A stretch of 64,000 nt of DNA. Origin: Candidatus Moraniibacteriota bacterium (GTDB taxonomy: Bacteria; Patescibacteriota; Minisyncoccia; Moranbacterales; UBA1568). The stretch lies in NCBI GenBank assembly GCA_016699875.1, contig CP064989.1, positions 648,788 through 712,787 of the forward strand, read 5' to 3'. Numbering within the stretch: the stretch's first letter is position 1; each line of letters begins with the position of its first letter. Below, piece after piece: positions 10,642 to 21,117 of this stretch. Below the pieces are notes generated by a model. That model was given only the letters and a program-made list of their open reading frames with translations, was not told the origin of the DNA and did no database searches. A program made the translations under genes and the position numbers.

Positions 10642-12939
10642 TTATGGGGAGTTTCGGTAGGTGTATACGGCAATATCTCCACTTCGGAATATTTCGGTAA
10701 GATATTTTTCTCTGAAATCGAGGTAGTTTTCTATGCTTTCCCGGAAGAGGGCGGAAGTCTTTGGAGAAGTATCCTTTGCGTACCTGGCAGAATCAAGCCA
10801 TTGTCTTAGGTCGCCTTCTTTGAAGATAAAATATGAAACTTCGAGAGACTTTAACTTTTCTGCGAGTAGAGCGCCTTGGTTTTTATTTTGAAGAAAGTGG
10901 AACAAGTGCAAACAATAATCATATGTCACGATTGACTCTGGATTTTTTACATAGTAGTTGAGTGACGGGCCAATGGAATCCCATATAATGCCATTGGAGT
11001 TGTTTTTATTGAGGAAATCGGCTGTACTGTACAGGTTGTATTTCCCGGAATCTTCCCTTACAAAGAGAGTTCCATTTCTGAAAACATTATCAAAACGAAC
11101 GACGGCAACCGCAAGAGAAAGAGCTATGATGGAAAAAAACAGTGGAATTTTTATGACGTCAAACTGCTTTCTTGAGAGAATATCTCCGAAATAGAGGAGG
11201 GTAAGCAATAGCATTGACATGGCGTACCATGAATTGAGATTGCTTGATATTGCCCAGGAGATTCCCTGAAGAATGATAATGGTGCCGAGAATTTTTCTGA
11301 ACGGTTTTGTTGAAATGTCATCTTTCTTTGTTGAACAGAAAAAGAGTATAGGGAGAAAGAGAAGGAATAGAGGACCGATGTTTGTGATATCATTCTGATT
11401 TTTCTTGTCGTAATCAAATGTGAAACGAAATGGGGATTCAAGGAGAAATAACCAGCCTTTGTTTTCTTGATTTTCCGTGAAGATATAAGAATCGGAAGTT
11501 TGCTCCTGCAGGTGTTTCGAATAACTCCTTCCGATTTGCTTGAAGAAGGTGTCGTTGCGGGAGAGCAGGTTGCCGAGCGCAGGTTCGACAGGGTTGCCGG
11601 AGAAGATGATGTTTTTCACTGCCCATGGCGAAAAACAGATGGCGATAACAGTAAGGAGGAGCGTGATGTGGACGAGTCTTCTCTTCAAGCTGAATTTTCT
11701 TGGGAAGAGCAGAAGAACAGCGAGAAAACTTGGAAGAATTATGGAGAAGAAATTGTATTTTGTGCCACTTGCTATTCCGGCAAGAATAGCGAAGAGGAGA
11801 AAGGTTTTTCGTTCCGGTGTTTGGAAGAACTTCAGGAGATAGAGTGTGGCGAGAAGCGTGTAGCACCAAAAGGCGAGGTCAATCTTGTGATCGACAGTGA
11901 TCATGAGGTACGGAATCGCAGAGAGCATATATAAGAGGACAATAACGGGAGAACTCGCCTTTGGAAAAACAAACCGTTTGATAAGAATGAGAATTCCGGG
12001 GAGAAGAAAGTAGAAAACGGTGTTGAGTCCTGCGGCGGGAGTGAAGCCCCTCAGGAGGTGTGCGAGCGTGAAGAGCATCTCGGTATTTTGTGGGAATCCG
12101 CTTGCGAACCAATACTTGAAATTGACAATTTTGTGTGCTTCCGCGTAGGCGTGCGGGAAGGCTTGATACGTATGCATTTCGTCCCAGCCGGCAGCGAATT
12201 GGGAGAGGAGTCCGGTTGTTGCGAAAACGAAGAGAAAGAAGGATGCAATGATTGCGAAGTTGTCTAGGGTAAAAAATGGCTTGATATTCCACGAAATCGA
12301 TGTTCTCCTAATATCGGAGAAGAGCGTCAACCATTCTTTTCGGAAAGCAAGGAGTGTGCCCAAAACAAGCGCGTAGGCGAATGTCCCATAGAGAAATCCA
12401 AACATGCCGGCAATGTAAACAATGAGCATGAGTATGCCGAAACCAAGGAGTGTCGAGAGAATGAAGTGTTCGAGAAGTTCGGTTGTTTCAACATGAACTC
12501 GGCGGATGAGATGGCTTCCGATCGAAAAGCCGGCAAGCGTGATGAGAGTGACGAGGAAAATAGAGATGGTACTGTTTATCGAGATACCAATGTCGGGTTT
12601 GAGAAGGTAAATGAGAAGTATCCAACTCGCCGTACAGCCGTAGAAAACGATGATGAGGCTTTTGATGGGAACAAAGACCGTACTTGGCAGACGACGGATC
12701 CAGTGTATTGGCGGGAATTCTTTTCTGAGGAAGAGATAGGGGAGCGAGGCGAAGAAAAGAAGCGGTGCGAAAAATGCTGCAAGGAAAAGAAACAAAAGAA
12801 AAGCATCGAGATAGGATTGTCCGTAGGTTCGATAGAAATAGAAATACGCCGCCATGACACAGAGTGTCCAGAGCGCAAAGAAAAACAGCGGGATTTTTCG
12901 GAGAAAATATCTCATGAAGTGGAGTAGAAATTGCCTCAA
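10642..12939 (-). CDS. large polytopic membrane protein, probably a GT-C-type glycosyltransferase (ArnT/PMT/YfhO-like)
   Basis: 765 aa with more than 12 hydrophobic segments, an acidic loop motif (GWDEMHTY) and a long soluble C-terminal domain. The family assignment is inference. Confidence 0.55.
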   Translation of the reverse strand: MRQFLLHFMRYFLRKIPLFFFALWTLCVMAAYFYFYRTYGQSYLDAFLLFLFLAAFFAPLLFFASLPYLFLRKEFPPIHWIRRLPSTVFVPIKSLIIVFYGCTASWILLIYLLKPDIGISINSTISIFLVTLITLAGFSIGSHLIRRVHVETTELLEHFILSTLLGFGILMLIVYIAGMFGFLYGTFAYALVLGTLLAFRKEWLTLFSDIRRTSISWNIKPFFTLDNFAIIASFFLFVFATTGLLSQFAAGWDEMHTYQAFPHAYAEAHKIVNFKYWFASGFPQNTEMLFTLAHLLRGFTPAAGLNTVFYFLLPGILILIKRFVFPKASSPVIVLLYMLSAIPYLMITVDHKIDLAFWCYTLLATLYLLKFFQTPERKTFLLFAILAGIASGTKYNFFSIILPSFLAVLLLFPRKFSLKRRLVHITLLLTVIAICFSPWAVKNIIFSGNPVEPALGNLLSRNDTFFKQIGRSYSKHLQEQTSDSYIFTENQENKGWLFLLESPFRFTFDYDKKNQNDITNIGPLFLLFLPILFFCSTKKDDISTKPFRKILGTIIILQGISWAISSNLNSWYAMSMLLLTLLYFGDILSRKQFDVIKIPLFFSIIALSLAVAVVRFDNVFRNGTLFVREDSGKYNLYSTADFLNKNNSNGIIWDSIGPSLNYYVKNPESIVTYDYCLHLFHFLQNKNQGALLAEKLKSLEVSYFIFKEGDLRQWLDSARYAKDTSPKTSALFRESIENYLDFREKYLTEIFRSGDIAVYTYRNSP

Positions 12940-13039
12940 TGATAGCGCGAAAGTATATTTTTGTTGAGTTGTCTGTCTTGCAGCAAGATGGTAGGATTTT
13001 ACCGGTTGAGACCCCTTCAGCCTAAATTATGGAGTTGCT

Positions 13040-14209
13040 ATGATGAGAGAATCTGCAGGAAAGTTCTTTTCCATGTTGAACAGTCGCATGATATATCGCG
13101 TGCAGGCGGCGCATGTGATTCGGTCGGTAGCACTTTCGTTTGTAAGTGTGTACGTGCCGGCATTTCTTCTGACGAACGGGTATTCACTTCGCGAGACGAT
13201 TTTGTTCTTTGTTGTTTATCACGGAGTCGGGCTCATGGCTGTTTTCACTGTTGTGGTGCCGATGCTCCGAAGGTGGGGCATGGTGACGACGATTCGGTGG
13301 TACTACCCGTTACAGATGTTGTTTCTCGGGCTGTTGCTCTTTGGAAGTGGCGCGCATCTCTCCGTATGGACAGCGGCTATAGTGGGTGGTATTGCTAATA
13401 TGGTTTACTATGTGCCGCTCAATGTGTTGTTCATGCGGCATACGGATCGCGAGACCATCGCCAAAGATTTCTCAGTATTTTTTGCGCTCCCAACAATATT
13501 TGGTCTCGTGGGACCGCTTCTTGGGGCAGCTCTGGTTGTTTCCTTGGGATTCTGGGCAACGTTCATTGTTGCGTTTCTCGGTCTTCTTCTGTCGTCTCTT
13601 CCATTGCGGGCGCTTGAAAATGACGAACGAATCGATCTTCGTTTTTCTGAGACGTTGCCAATGCTTCGGCGTCGAAAATTCCTCTTTTTTCTCGAGGGAT
13701 TCGACAATATCGTGGAAGAATCGGAGTGGCTCTGGGGAATTATTGTGTACCTCCTTATTGGATCGCTTGCGACACCTGGTGTTGTGGGATCTCTCGAATC
13801 TCTCGGAGGCGCTCTGTTCACTATATTTGTCGGGCGGTATGTGAACAAGCAGAAAAGTACCATGGCTACTCTATTTGTAAGCATTATTTTCTTGGTGCTC
13901 GTGTGGTGTGCTCGGTTCTTTATCGGGACGCCGCTCCCGGCATATCTGATCACGGTCTCCTCATCGTTCATTATGACGCTCTTTTTGGTTTCATACTTTG
14001 CAATGATCTACCGGAAAGTGAAGGGAGATCAGGACACGGAGTTCATTATCTTGCGAGAGATTCCGACAGTGCTGGGAAGAATGGTTGTATTTGGTGTAGC
14101 AATACTTGTTGCCTCTGATATCGAGCGGTTCTTTTATCTTCCTATGGCTGCTATGGGAATCCTGCTTATCGCGATGGCTGCTATGCGCAAACAACTCGCA
14201 AGTGCGTGA
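13040..14209 (+). CDS. MFS-type transporter
   Basis: 389 aa with about 12 predicted TM helices. MFS-like topology and charge distribution. Confidence 0.65.
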   Translation: MMRESAGKFFSMLNSRMIYRVQAAHVIRSVALSFVSVYVPAFLLTNGYSLRETILFFVVYHGVGLMAVFTVVVPMLRRWGMVTTIRWYYPLQMLFLGLLLFGSGAHLSVWTAAIVGGIANMVYYVPLNVLFMRHTDRETIAKDFSVFFALPTIFGLVGPLLGAALVVSLGFWATFIVAFLGLLLSSLPLRALENDERIDLRFSETLPMLRRRKFLFFLEGFDNIVEESEWLWGIIVYLLIGSLATPGVVGSLESLGGALFTIFVGRYVNKQKSTMATLFVSIIFLVLVWCARFFIGTPLPAYLITVSSSFIMTLFLVSYFAMIYRKVKGDQDTEFIILREIPTVLGRMVVFGVAILVASDIERFFYLPMAAMGILLIAMAAMRKQLASA

Positions 14210-14244
14210 TGAATGAATCCTATTCACCGTAGTGTAAGAACAAA

Positions 14245-14281
14245 ACTCCCTCAGCCAAATGACCGGGGGAGTTTTAATAAC
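14245..14281. terminator. bidirectional terminator (AAAACTCCC...GGGAGTTTT)
   Basis: Hairpin between the convergent MFS gene and rpsT copy 1. Confidence 0.5.
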
Positions 14282-14310
14282 CAAACACTGATGTCCAGAT
14301 GTTGCTTTTG

Positions 14311-14583
14311 TTACTTTTCCAAAGCTGCTTTTTTCACGAGCGCGTTGAGGCGAGACTTTTTGCGCGCGGCGGTGTTTTTCTTGATGATATTCTTTTCACT
14401 TGCTTTGTCGAGGCTCTTGATAGCGAGTTTGAGCTCCTTTTGTGCGGTTTCGATGTCTTTCGCTTTGACCGCTTCGCGCGTCTTCTTGATGGCGCTCTTG
14501 AAAACACCCTTGGCGACTTTATTTCGCTCGGTCTTCTTGGCGGTGACGCGCATGTATTTCTTGGCGGAATCCTTAATCGGCAT
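14311..14583 (-). CDS. rpsT: 30S ribosomal protein S20, copy 1
   Basis: 90 aa, MPIKDSAKKYMRVTAKKTERNK...KNTAARKKSRLNALVKKAALEK. Typical S20 composition. Confidence 0.85.
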   Translation of the reverse strand: MPIKDSAKKYMRVTAKKTERNKVAKGVFKSAIKKTREAVKAKDIETAQKELKLAIKSLDKASEKNIIKKNTAARKKSRLNALVKKAALEK

Positions 14584-14787
14584 ATGCTTTCAAAAACAAA
14601 TTAGCATCCCCCATAGGGTGTGAATCGTTTTCCTTTTTTACCATGCGATTTGTTTTTTGGCAAGGGGAAGGCTTTTGTGATAGTGTAAAGACACTTTTGG
14701 ATGCATTATGATTGCTTTACTGGAAGGAAATGTTGTTGCTCTGCGTCATGATTCTGCGGTGGTGCAGACGGGGGGTGTGGGTTATAA
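14334..14787. repeat. direct repeat copy A (about 455 bp). Second copy at 20103..20557
   Basis: Near-identical sequence covering most of rpsT, its upstream region and the first 27 codons of ruvA. Confidence 0.9.
14708..14787 (+). pseudogene. ruvA 5' fragment (first 27 codons). Orphan copy inside repeat A
   Basis: ATGATTGCTTTACTGGAAGG... identical to the start of ruvA at 20476. Diverges after GGTTATAAGG. Confidence 0.6.
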
Positions 14788-14937
14788 GGGTTTGTTGGAA
14801 TGTATGAATTCTGCTAGTATTAACTTGTTGAGGATATGTGCACGTGAAGAAGAACAATTTAAGTGAGATGCAGAAACAAGGAAAGAAGTAGCTGCTAGGC
14901 TGAATAGGGATGTAAACTAAACCGTAATCTAAATCGT

Positions 14938-17900
14938 ATGCGTCAAGATGCTCTGTATGGAATTTGGAATGCACGAAGAGGAAAATCTGTTGCGTGGTGT
15001 TTTCGAATGGGAGTCTTGGTGCTTTCGTGTATTCTGGGGAATGTGATGAATGTTTATTCGGCGAAAGCCGATTTTTCTTTTGATGAAACCGTTATTGATA
15101 GCGATTTTGCAGGAGATGTAAAAGGAATTGGCGATGTAAACGGTGATGGATTTCCGGATGTGGTTATTGGCGGACTGCAAATGAATTGGTATGAGTACCC
15201 GTCATGGACAAAACACACCATTGCTTCAGCTGCTATTGAATTTACGACGGATATGCAACTGGCTGATATCGATGGTGATGGGGATCTTGACATTGTAACT
15301 GGCGATGGAAATGGAACGAATAATGTCATTTGGCTTGAAAACCCTCTTCCGTCCGGCGATCCAACTGCCACATGGACCGTTCATGTGGTTGGTGCACATG
15401 GCGATTGGATTCATGATGTTCAAGTAGCAGACATGGATCGTGATGGAAAACTTGATATTGTGACGAGAAAGACGTCCACTCGTATTTTTTTTCAAGACAC
15501 TCCAACTTTGTGGACCGAGCGGGACATTTCTTCGACAGTGGCTGATAGCGGTGAGGGTATGGGTTCGGGAGATGTTGATAATGATGGTGATATCGACCTT
15601 GTTGTAAATGGCGCGTGGGTGGAGACACCAACAGCAGCTCGGACGGGAACATTTGTAAAGCATACGATAGCATTCGGCTATGGCACGGAAGTGACAGGAG
15701 CGGTTGCGGATGTGAATGCCGATACGCGCCCGGATATTCTCATGATCAACCAGCATTCGCGCGGGAAGTTTGCTTGGTATGCGGGACCAATTGATCCGAT
15801 TTCGGGAACATGGACAGAGCATGTGATTGATTCCAATATGGGGAGTCATAAGCTCGAAGTGGGGGATATGGATGGTGATGGTGCTCTTGATGTGGTAACT
15901 GGCCTCGAACTTCAAGAGCTTTCCATATATGAAAGCGATGGTGGATCGGTACCGACATTTACGAAGACAATTCTTTCAACATCCGGTACACATAATCAAT
16001 GTATCGGCGATATCGGGAATGACGGCGATCTGGATATTTTCGGTGCAAATTATTTAGGACACCCGCCTGTTTCACTGTGGGAGAATCATGCTTCGGATCC
16101 GCTTCCTGTAAACCAATGGACCTATAAACAGATAACGGATGGACATAGTCAAACATTTGGACTGGGCTTTGGCGATATTGACGGTGATGGAAGGAGGGAT
16201 ATCATATCCGGACAATATTGGTATCGGAATCCAGGCGGAGATATGTTGGGTACGTGGACTCAGTCGATATCGCTGCCATCCGGAATGGAGGCGATATTGT
16301 TCGGGGATGTGGATGATGACTCGCTGTCTGATGTGATTGCTCAAAAAACGGAGGGATCTTCATTGGCACTCTATTGGCTGGAAGCAACGGATGCCTCGGC
16401 GTCATCGTGGAATAGCGTGTATATTGGTGATGCTCCCGCGGCGAGTCACGTCCTTGGCGCGCAAGGGTATCGTCTAGCTGATGTGCGAAGCGGTGGCAAA
16501 CCGGAGATAGTGGTTTCGAGCGGTGATGGCATTTGGTATTTTGAAGTGCCGGCAAACCCCGCTGTCGATTCGTGGACGAAGGTGCATGTGAGTAGTAATC
16601 CTTCCGATGAAGGATTCGGGGTAGCAGATATGGATGATGATGGCGATCTTGATATCGCTGCGGGAACGGGTGATACGAAACTGGTAGAGTGGTATCGGAA
16701 TCCGGGTGATGGCTCTGCGGACTGGCAGTCATTTACTATCGGGGATATGAATGAAGCAGTATATCCGGATCGATTTGCTGCTGTTGATCTGAACGGAGAT
16801 AATCGCCGGGACATTATTGGAACAGAAGAGAATGGTCTCGCATCTGGAGCGGAGACATTTTGGTGGGAAGCGCCGGTCGATCCTACATCACCGAATTGGA
16901 TACGGCATCTTATTGCAACACAAGGAAGTACGAACTCCATGGATGTGGATGACATTGACCAGGATGGCGATATGGATATTCTTCTTGGGGAACACAAGGG
17001 ATCTTTAACGACGAGCATTTGGCAAAATGACGGATCGGGGAATTTTACTGAGCAAGTTGTGGGCGCCGGAAAGGAATCGCATCTTGGTACGCGCGCAATT
17101 GACCTTGATGATGATGGTGATGCGGATATCGTAAGCATTGCCTATGATGCGCCGCAGTACATTCACCTCTGGCGAAATGATGCGATAGTGGCAGGGGGGA
17201 CCGCAGTATCCGACACCACTCCTCCCACGCTCTCCAATATCGCCTCTTCGAACATAACCGCAACCGGAGCAATCATAACCTGGACTACCAACGAACCTTC
17301 CGATTCTCAAGTCGAATACGGCACCACAATAAGCTATGGACAAAGCACGATACTCGATACTACTCTCGTGACCAATCATAGTGTCACTCTTTCCGGTCTT
17401 TCCGCAAATACAACGTACCACTATCGCGTGAAGTCAAAAGACGCTTCCGGAAACATGACAATGTCGGGAGATGAGGTGGTGGTGACGACTAATCAATCTC
17501 CGTCGCAGGCCGGACTTGTTGCGGCGTACAACTTTGATGAAGGGATTGGAACAACAGCGCAGGATGCGAGTGGCAATAGCATTACCGGCACATTGACCAA
17601 TGGTGTTTCTTGGACGACAAGTGGGAAAAACGGAAACGCACTTCAGTTTGACGGTGTTGATGATTTTGTAAATCTTGGGCATCCGAGCGCTTTGTCATTA
17701 TCAAACTTTACCTTTTCGGCCTGGGTGTATCCGGTGAGTCTTTCCGGCGATCGAGATATTATTACCAAGGTCAGTAGTTCGTCTTCGGAGTATCATTTCC
17801 AGGAGACTGGTGGTCAATTGCAAGTCGGATTTTCCAATGGATCCGGATCATGGTATTACCTCAATGCCTCTGCTCAATCTATGCCGCTTAATGCATGGAG

Positions 17901-19929
17901 TCACGTTGCTGCTCTGTTTGACGATACCGGGAATACGTTCTCTCTCTATGTCAATGGAAATGTAGTGGGAACGCAATCAGTATCGGCATCGATCCTTGCT
18001 GGAACGGATGATGTTCATATCGGTATGGGGTGGAGTGGGCAGTCATGGAACGGAAAAATTGACGATGTGCGTATTTACAATCGGGCGCTTTCGGGGAGTG
18101 AAATATCAAGCGATATGAATACGCCGGTTGGCGGAACGGTTGAAGATACGACACCGCCAATCCGTTCGAATGGAGCGCCAACCGGAACGCTTTCGGAGAC
18201 AACTACCGATGCGACCCTGAGTCTTTCAACAGATGAATCGGCGACCTGTAAGTACAGCACGGTTTCCGGAACATCATACGCCGCAATGATTGATACTTTC
18301 CAAACAACGGGGACAATCAACCATTCAACGGCCATTTCCGGACTGTCGAGCGGATCATATGTCTATTTTGTTCGATGTGAAGATGCGATCGGAAATCAGA
18401 ATACGGATGACTTTGCGATTGCATTTGATATCGCTGCTCCCGATACGGCCGATCCGACAGTAACGATAACAGCTCCGACGAATGGGGCGACTGTTACGGG
18501 AACGGTTTCTCTCTCAGTAAATGCCTCGGATGATCGCGGAGTGGATCATGTCAACTTTCTCGTCGATGAATCACTGAATGCAACCGATGTATCGAGTCCG
18601 TATTCGATATCGATTGATACAACATTGCTTGCCGATGGGCAGCATACGTTTTTGGCGCGAGCATTCGATGCTGCTCTCAATATGGCGGAAGACAATATAA
18701 CGGTGACAGTGGAAAACACTGATACGACAGTACCTAGTGTTCCTCAGAATCTTTCAGCGACAGCGGTCTCGACAATGAGTATCGACCTTGCTTGGTCGGC
18801 ATCGTCCGACAATATTGGTGTTGCCGGTTATAGAATTTTCCGCAATGGCAGCGAGATCGGAACAACGACGTCGTTGAGTGCGAGTGATACGGGTCTTGTT
18901 CCGGCAACACGGTACTCGTATGCAATCTCATCCTACGATGCGCAGGGAAACGAGTCGGCGCTTTCGAGTACCGTCTCGGTTACGACGCTCACTCCCGACA
19001 CCACTCCTCCCACGCTCTCCAATATCGCCTCTTCGAACATAACCGCAACCGGAGCAATCATAACCTGGACTACCAACGAACCTTCCGATTCTCAAGTCGA
19101 ATACGGCACCACAATAAGCTATGGACAAAGCACGATACTCGATACTACTCTCGTGACCAATCATAGTGTCACTCTTTCCGGTCTTTCCGCAAATACAACG
19201 TACCACTATCGTGTGAAGTCAAAAGACGCTTCCGGAAACATGACAATGTCGGGAGATGAGGTGGTGGTGACATCACTTGCTAATGATGTTCTGGCATACT
19301 GGAATTTTGATGAAACATCCGGTACAACAGCAGCGGATTCCTCAGGTCAGGGGAACGCGGCAACGCTGGTGAATGGTCCAACATGGGTGGCTGGGAAGTT
19401 TGGAAACAGTGTCAAATTGGATGGAAGCAATGACTATTTGAGCGCCGGCAATATCTCAGCGCTCAATAACGCTCAAGCAATTACTATTGTCGGGTGGTTC
19501 AAAGACAGTAATAAGAATGGAAATAGGGTTATCTTTGGGAAATCTGTTGATGCAACACACGACTTCAATGTGAATACGTATAGCGGAATCCTGTATTGGG
19601 AATTGGGGAATGGAAGTGATGTTGCGGCGGAATGGACCGGATACGCTTCTTCGGTAACGCAAAACCAATGGTATCATGCAGCCTTTGTTTTTGATGGGAC
19701 AGCTTCCGGAAATGCCAATCGGATGAAGGTGTATATAAATGGTGCAGGTCAATCGTTAAATTTCTATGGAACCGTCCCGAGTTCAACGGCAAACCTATCG
19801 AGTAGCATGCTTCGACTCGGTTCTGACACAGTTGTTCCCGGATACTGGAAGGGAGGTATGGATGAACTGCGCATATATAGTCGAGCACTGTCGGAGGGTG
19901 AGATTCAGACGCTTATGACGCAGAACTAA
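14938..19929 (+). CDS. giant secreted adhesin-like protein: FG-GAP/VCBS beta-propeller repeats, Fn3, LamG_3 (concanavalin-like), Ig-like, Fn3, Fn3, LamG_3
   Basis: 1663 aa. Signal-peptide-like MGVLVLSCILG (alternative start 15007). Repeated DxDGDGxxDIV motifs. TTPPTLSNIASSNIT...HYRVKSKDASGN is an Fn3 module present twice. KIDDVRIYNRALSGSEI and MDELRIYSRALSEGEI are LamG_3 hallmarks. Confidence 0.85.
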   Translation: MRQDALYGIWNARRGKSVAWCFRMGVLVLSCILGNVMNVYSAKADFSFDETVIDSDFAGDVKGIGDVNGDGFPDVVIGGLQMNWYEYPSWTKHTIASAAIEFTTDMQLADIDGDGDLDIVTGDGNGTNNVIWLENPLPSGDPTATWTVHVVGAHGDWIHDVQVADMDRDGKLDIVTRKTSTRIFFQDTPTLWTERDISSTVADSGEGMGSGDVDNDGDIDLVVNGAWVETPTAARTGTFVKHTIAFGYGTEVTGAVADVNADTRPDILMINQHSRGKFAWYAGPIDPISGTWTEHVIDSNMGSHKLEVGDMDGDGALDVVTGLELQELSIYESDGGSVPTFTKTILSTSGTHNQCIGDIGNDGDLDIFGANYLGHPPVSLWENHASDPLPVNQWTYKQITDGHSQTFGLGFGDIDGDGRRDIISGQYWYRNPGGDMLGTWTQSISLPSGMEAILFGDVDDDSLSDVIAQKTEGSSLALYWLEATDASASSWNSVYIGDAPAASHVLGAQGYRLADVRSGGKPEIVVSSGDGIWYFEVPANPAVDSWTKVHVSSNPSDEGFGVADMDDDGDLDIAAGTGDTKLVEWYRNPGDGSADWQSFTIGDMNEAVYPDRFAAVDLNGDNRRDIIGTEENGLASGAETFWWEAPVDPTSPNWIRHLIATQGSTNSMDVDDIDQDGDMDILLGEHKGSLTTSIWQNDGSGNFTEQVVGAGKESHLGTRAIDLDDDGDADIVSIAYDAPQYIHLWRNDAIVAGGTAVSDTTPPTLSNIASSNITATGAIITWTTNEPSDSQVEYGTTISYGQSTILDTTLVTNHSVTLSGLSANTTYHYRVKSKDASGNMTMSGDEVVVTTNQSPSQAGLVAAYNFDEGIGTTAQDASGNSITGTLTNGVSWTTSGKNGNALQFDGVDDFVNLGHPSALSLSNFTFSAWVYPVSLSGDRDIITKVSSSSSEYHFQETGGQLQVGFSNGSGSWYYLNASAQSMPLNAWSHVAALFDDTGNTFSLYVNGNVVGTQSVSASILAGTDDVHIGMGWSGQSWNGKIDDVRIYNRALSGSEISSDMNTPVGGTVEDTTPPIRSNGAPTGTLSETTTDATLSLSTDESATCKYSTVSGTSYAAMIDTFQTTGTINHSTAISGLSSGSYVYFVRCEDAIGNQNTDDFAIAFDIAAPDTADPTVTITAPTNGATVTGTVSLSVNASDDRGVDHVNFLVDESLNATDVSSPYSISIDTTLLADGQHTFLARAFDAALNMAEDNITVTVENTDTTVPSVPQNLSATAVSTMSIDLAWSASSDNIGVAGYRIFRNGSEIGTTTSLSASDTGLVPATRYSYAISSYDAQGNESALSSTVSVTTLTPDTTPPTLSNIASSNITATGAIITWTTNEPSDSQVEYGTTISYGQSTILDTTLVTNHSVTLSGLSANTTYHYRVKSKDASGNMTMSGDEVVVTSLANDVLAYWNFDETSGTTAADSSGQGNAATLVNGPTWVAGKFGNSVKLDGSNDYLSAGNISALNNAQAITIVGWFKDSNKNGNRVIFGKSVDATHDFNVNTYSGILYWELGNGSDVAAEWTGYASSVTQNQWYHAAFVFDGTASGNANRMKVYINGAGQSLNFYGTVPSSTANLSSSMLRLGSDTVVPGYWKGGMDELRIYSRALSEGEIQTLMTQN
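17210..17486 (+). repeat. intragenic 277-bp repeat (Fn3 module), copy 1. Copy 2 at 18996..19272
   Basis: Identical apart from one mismatch (cgcgtg vs cgtgtg). Confidence 0.9.
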
Positions 19930-20020
19930 TGTTCTGATGCATTAGTTCTCACTCAACGGTATAGAGCCTTCCCGGGAAGAAGTATACACACCGGAAAGCC
20001 GGGTATGTGCGAGTAAGTTT

Positions 20021-20058
20021 CAGGAAAAAGAGCCGTCGGTATGCCGACGGCTCTTTCT
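20021..20058. terminator. bidirectional terminator (aaaaaGAGCCGTCGGtatgCCGACGGCTCtttct)
   Basis: 10-bp perfect stem. The T-run lies on the minus strand downstream of rpsT copy 2. Confidence 0.55.
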
Positions 20059-20079
20059 GGTGTCTCCATGTGGGAATAG

Positions 20080-20352
20080 CTATTTCTCCATCACCGCCTT
20101 CTTCACGAGCGCGTTGAGGCGAGACTTTTTGCGCGCGGCGGTGTTTTTCTTGATGATATTCTTTTCACTTGCTTTGTCGAGGCTCTTGATAGCGAGTTTG
20201 AGCTCCTTTTGTGCGGTTTCGATGTCTTTCGCTTTGACCGCTTCGCGCGTCTTCTTGATGGCGCTCTTGAAAACACCCTTGGCGACTTTATTTCGCTCGG
20301 TCTTCTTGGCGGTGACGCGCATGTATTTCTTGGCGGAATCCTTAATCGGCAT
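20080..20352 (-). CDS. rpsT: 30S ribosomal protein S20, copy 2
   Basis: Identical to copy 1 except the last 5 residues (AVMEK vs AALEK). Confidence 0.85.
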   Translation of the reverse strand: MPIKDSAKKYMRVTAKKTERNKVAKGVFKSAIKKTREAVKAKDIETAQKELKLAIKSLDKASEKNIIKKNTAARKKSRLNALVKKAVMEK

Positions 20353-20557
20353 ATGCTTTCAAAAACAAATTAGCATCCCCATAGGGTGTGAATCGTTTTC
20401 CTTTTTTACCATGCGATTTGTTTTTTGGCAAGGGGAAGGCTTTTGTGATAGTGTAAAGACACTTTTGGATGCATTATGATTGCTTTACTGGAAGGAAATG
20501 TTGTTGCTCTGCGTCATGATTCTGCGGTGGTGCAGACGGGGGGTGTGGGTTATAAGG
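20103..20557. repeat. direct repeat copy B (about 455 bp)
   Basis: See 14334..14787. Confidence 0.9.
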
Positions 20558-21051
20558 TGTATCTTACGCCGTACGCATTGGGCAAGATTGCCGGAGTGGC
20601 GTCAGTTCGTCTGCATATATATACCAATGTCCGCGAAGACGCTATTACGCTCTACGGCTTTTTGGATGAAGGGGAGCTCGCGATGTTTGAGCTTCTCATA
20701 TCGGTGAATGGTGTCGGTCCCAAGATGGCGCTTGGGATTTTGTCGGTTGCCGAACCGGCGTCGATTCGGGCGGCGGTTGTCGGGAAAGATATCTCCATAT
20801 TGACAAGGATTTCCGGCATTGGAAAACGCACGGCAGAGCGCATCTTGCTCGACCTTGAGAATAAAGTGGGAACACTCACGGCAGAGGGGCTCAAAGGCGC
20901 GACGGAGGAGAGCGAAGTGATCGAGGCGCTTAATTCGATGGGCTATTCGCCGGGAGAGGTTCGAGAGGCGATGAAACTGATTGCTCCGGGAGCGACTCGT
21001 GTTGAAGAAAAAATCAGCGAACTCCTCAAGGTGCTTGGGAAAAAACGGTAG
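20476..21051 (+). CDS. ruvA: Holliday junction branch-migration complex subunit RuvA
   Basis: 191 aa. OB domain, HhH motifs (GIGKRTAERIL), C-terminal domain III. Confidence 0.85.
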   Translation: MIALLEGNVVALRHDSAVVQTGGVGYKVYLTPYALGKIAGVASVRLHIYTNVREDAITLYGFLDEGELAMFELLISVNGVGPKMALGILSVAEPASIRAAVVGKDISILTRISGIGKRTAERILLDLENKVGTLTAEGLKGATEESEVIEALNSMGYSPGEVREAMKLIAPGATRVEEKISELLKVLGKKR

Positions 21052-21117
21052 CATTGTATTCATACACATCTTTTTCTTTGCTTAGGCAAAGGAGTCGGTG
21101 GAAGTGAATGGAAATAT

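Noticed and set aside
15226-17138. Several 100-230-aa minus-strand ORFs inside the giant adhesin gene
   Set aside because: Antisense shadows of a GC-rich repetitive coding region. S/H/P-rich nonsense translations.
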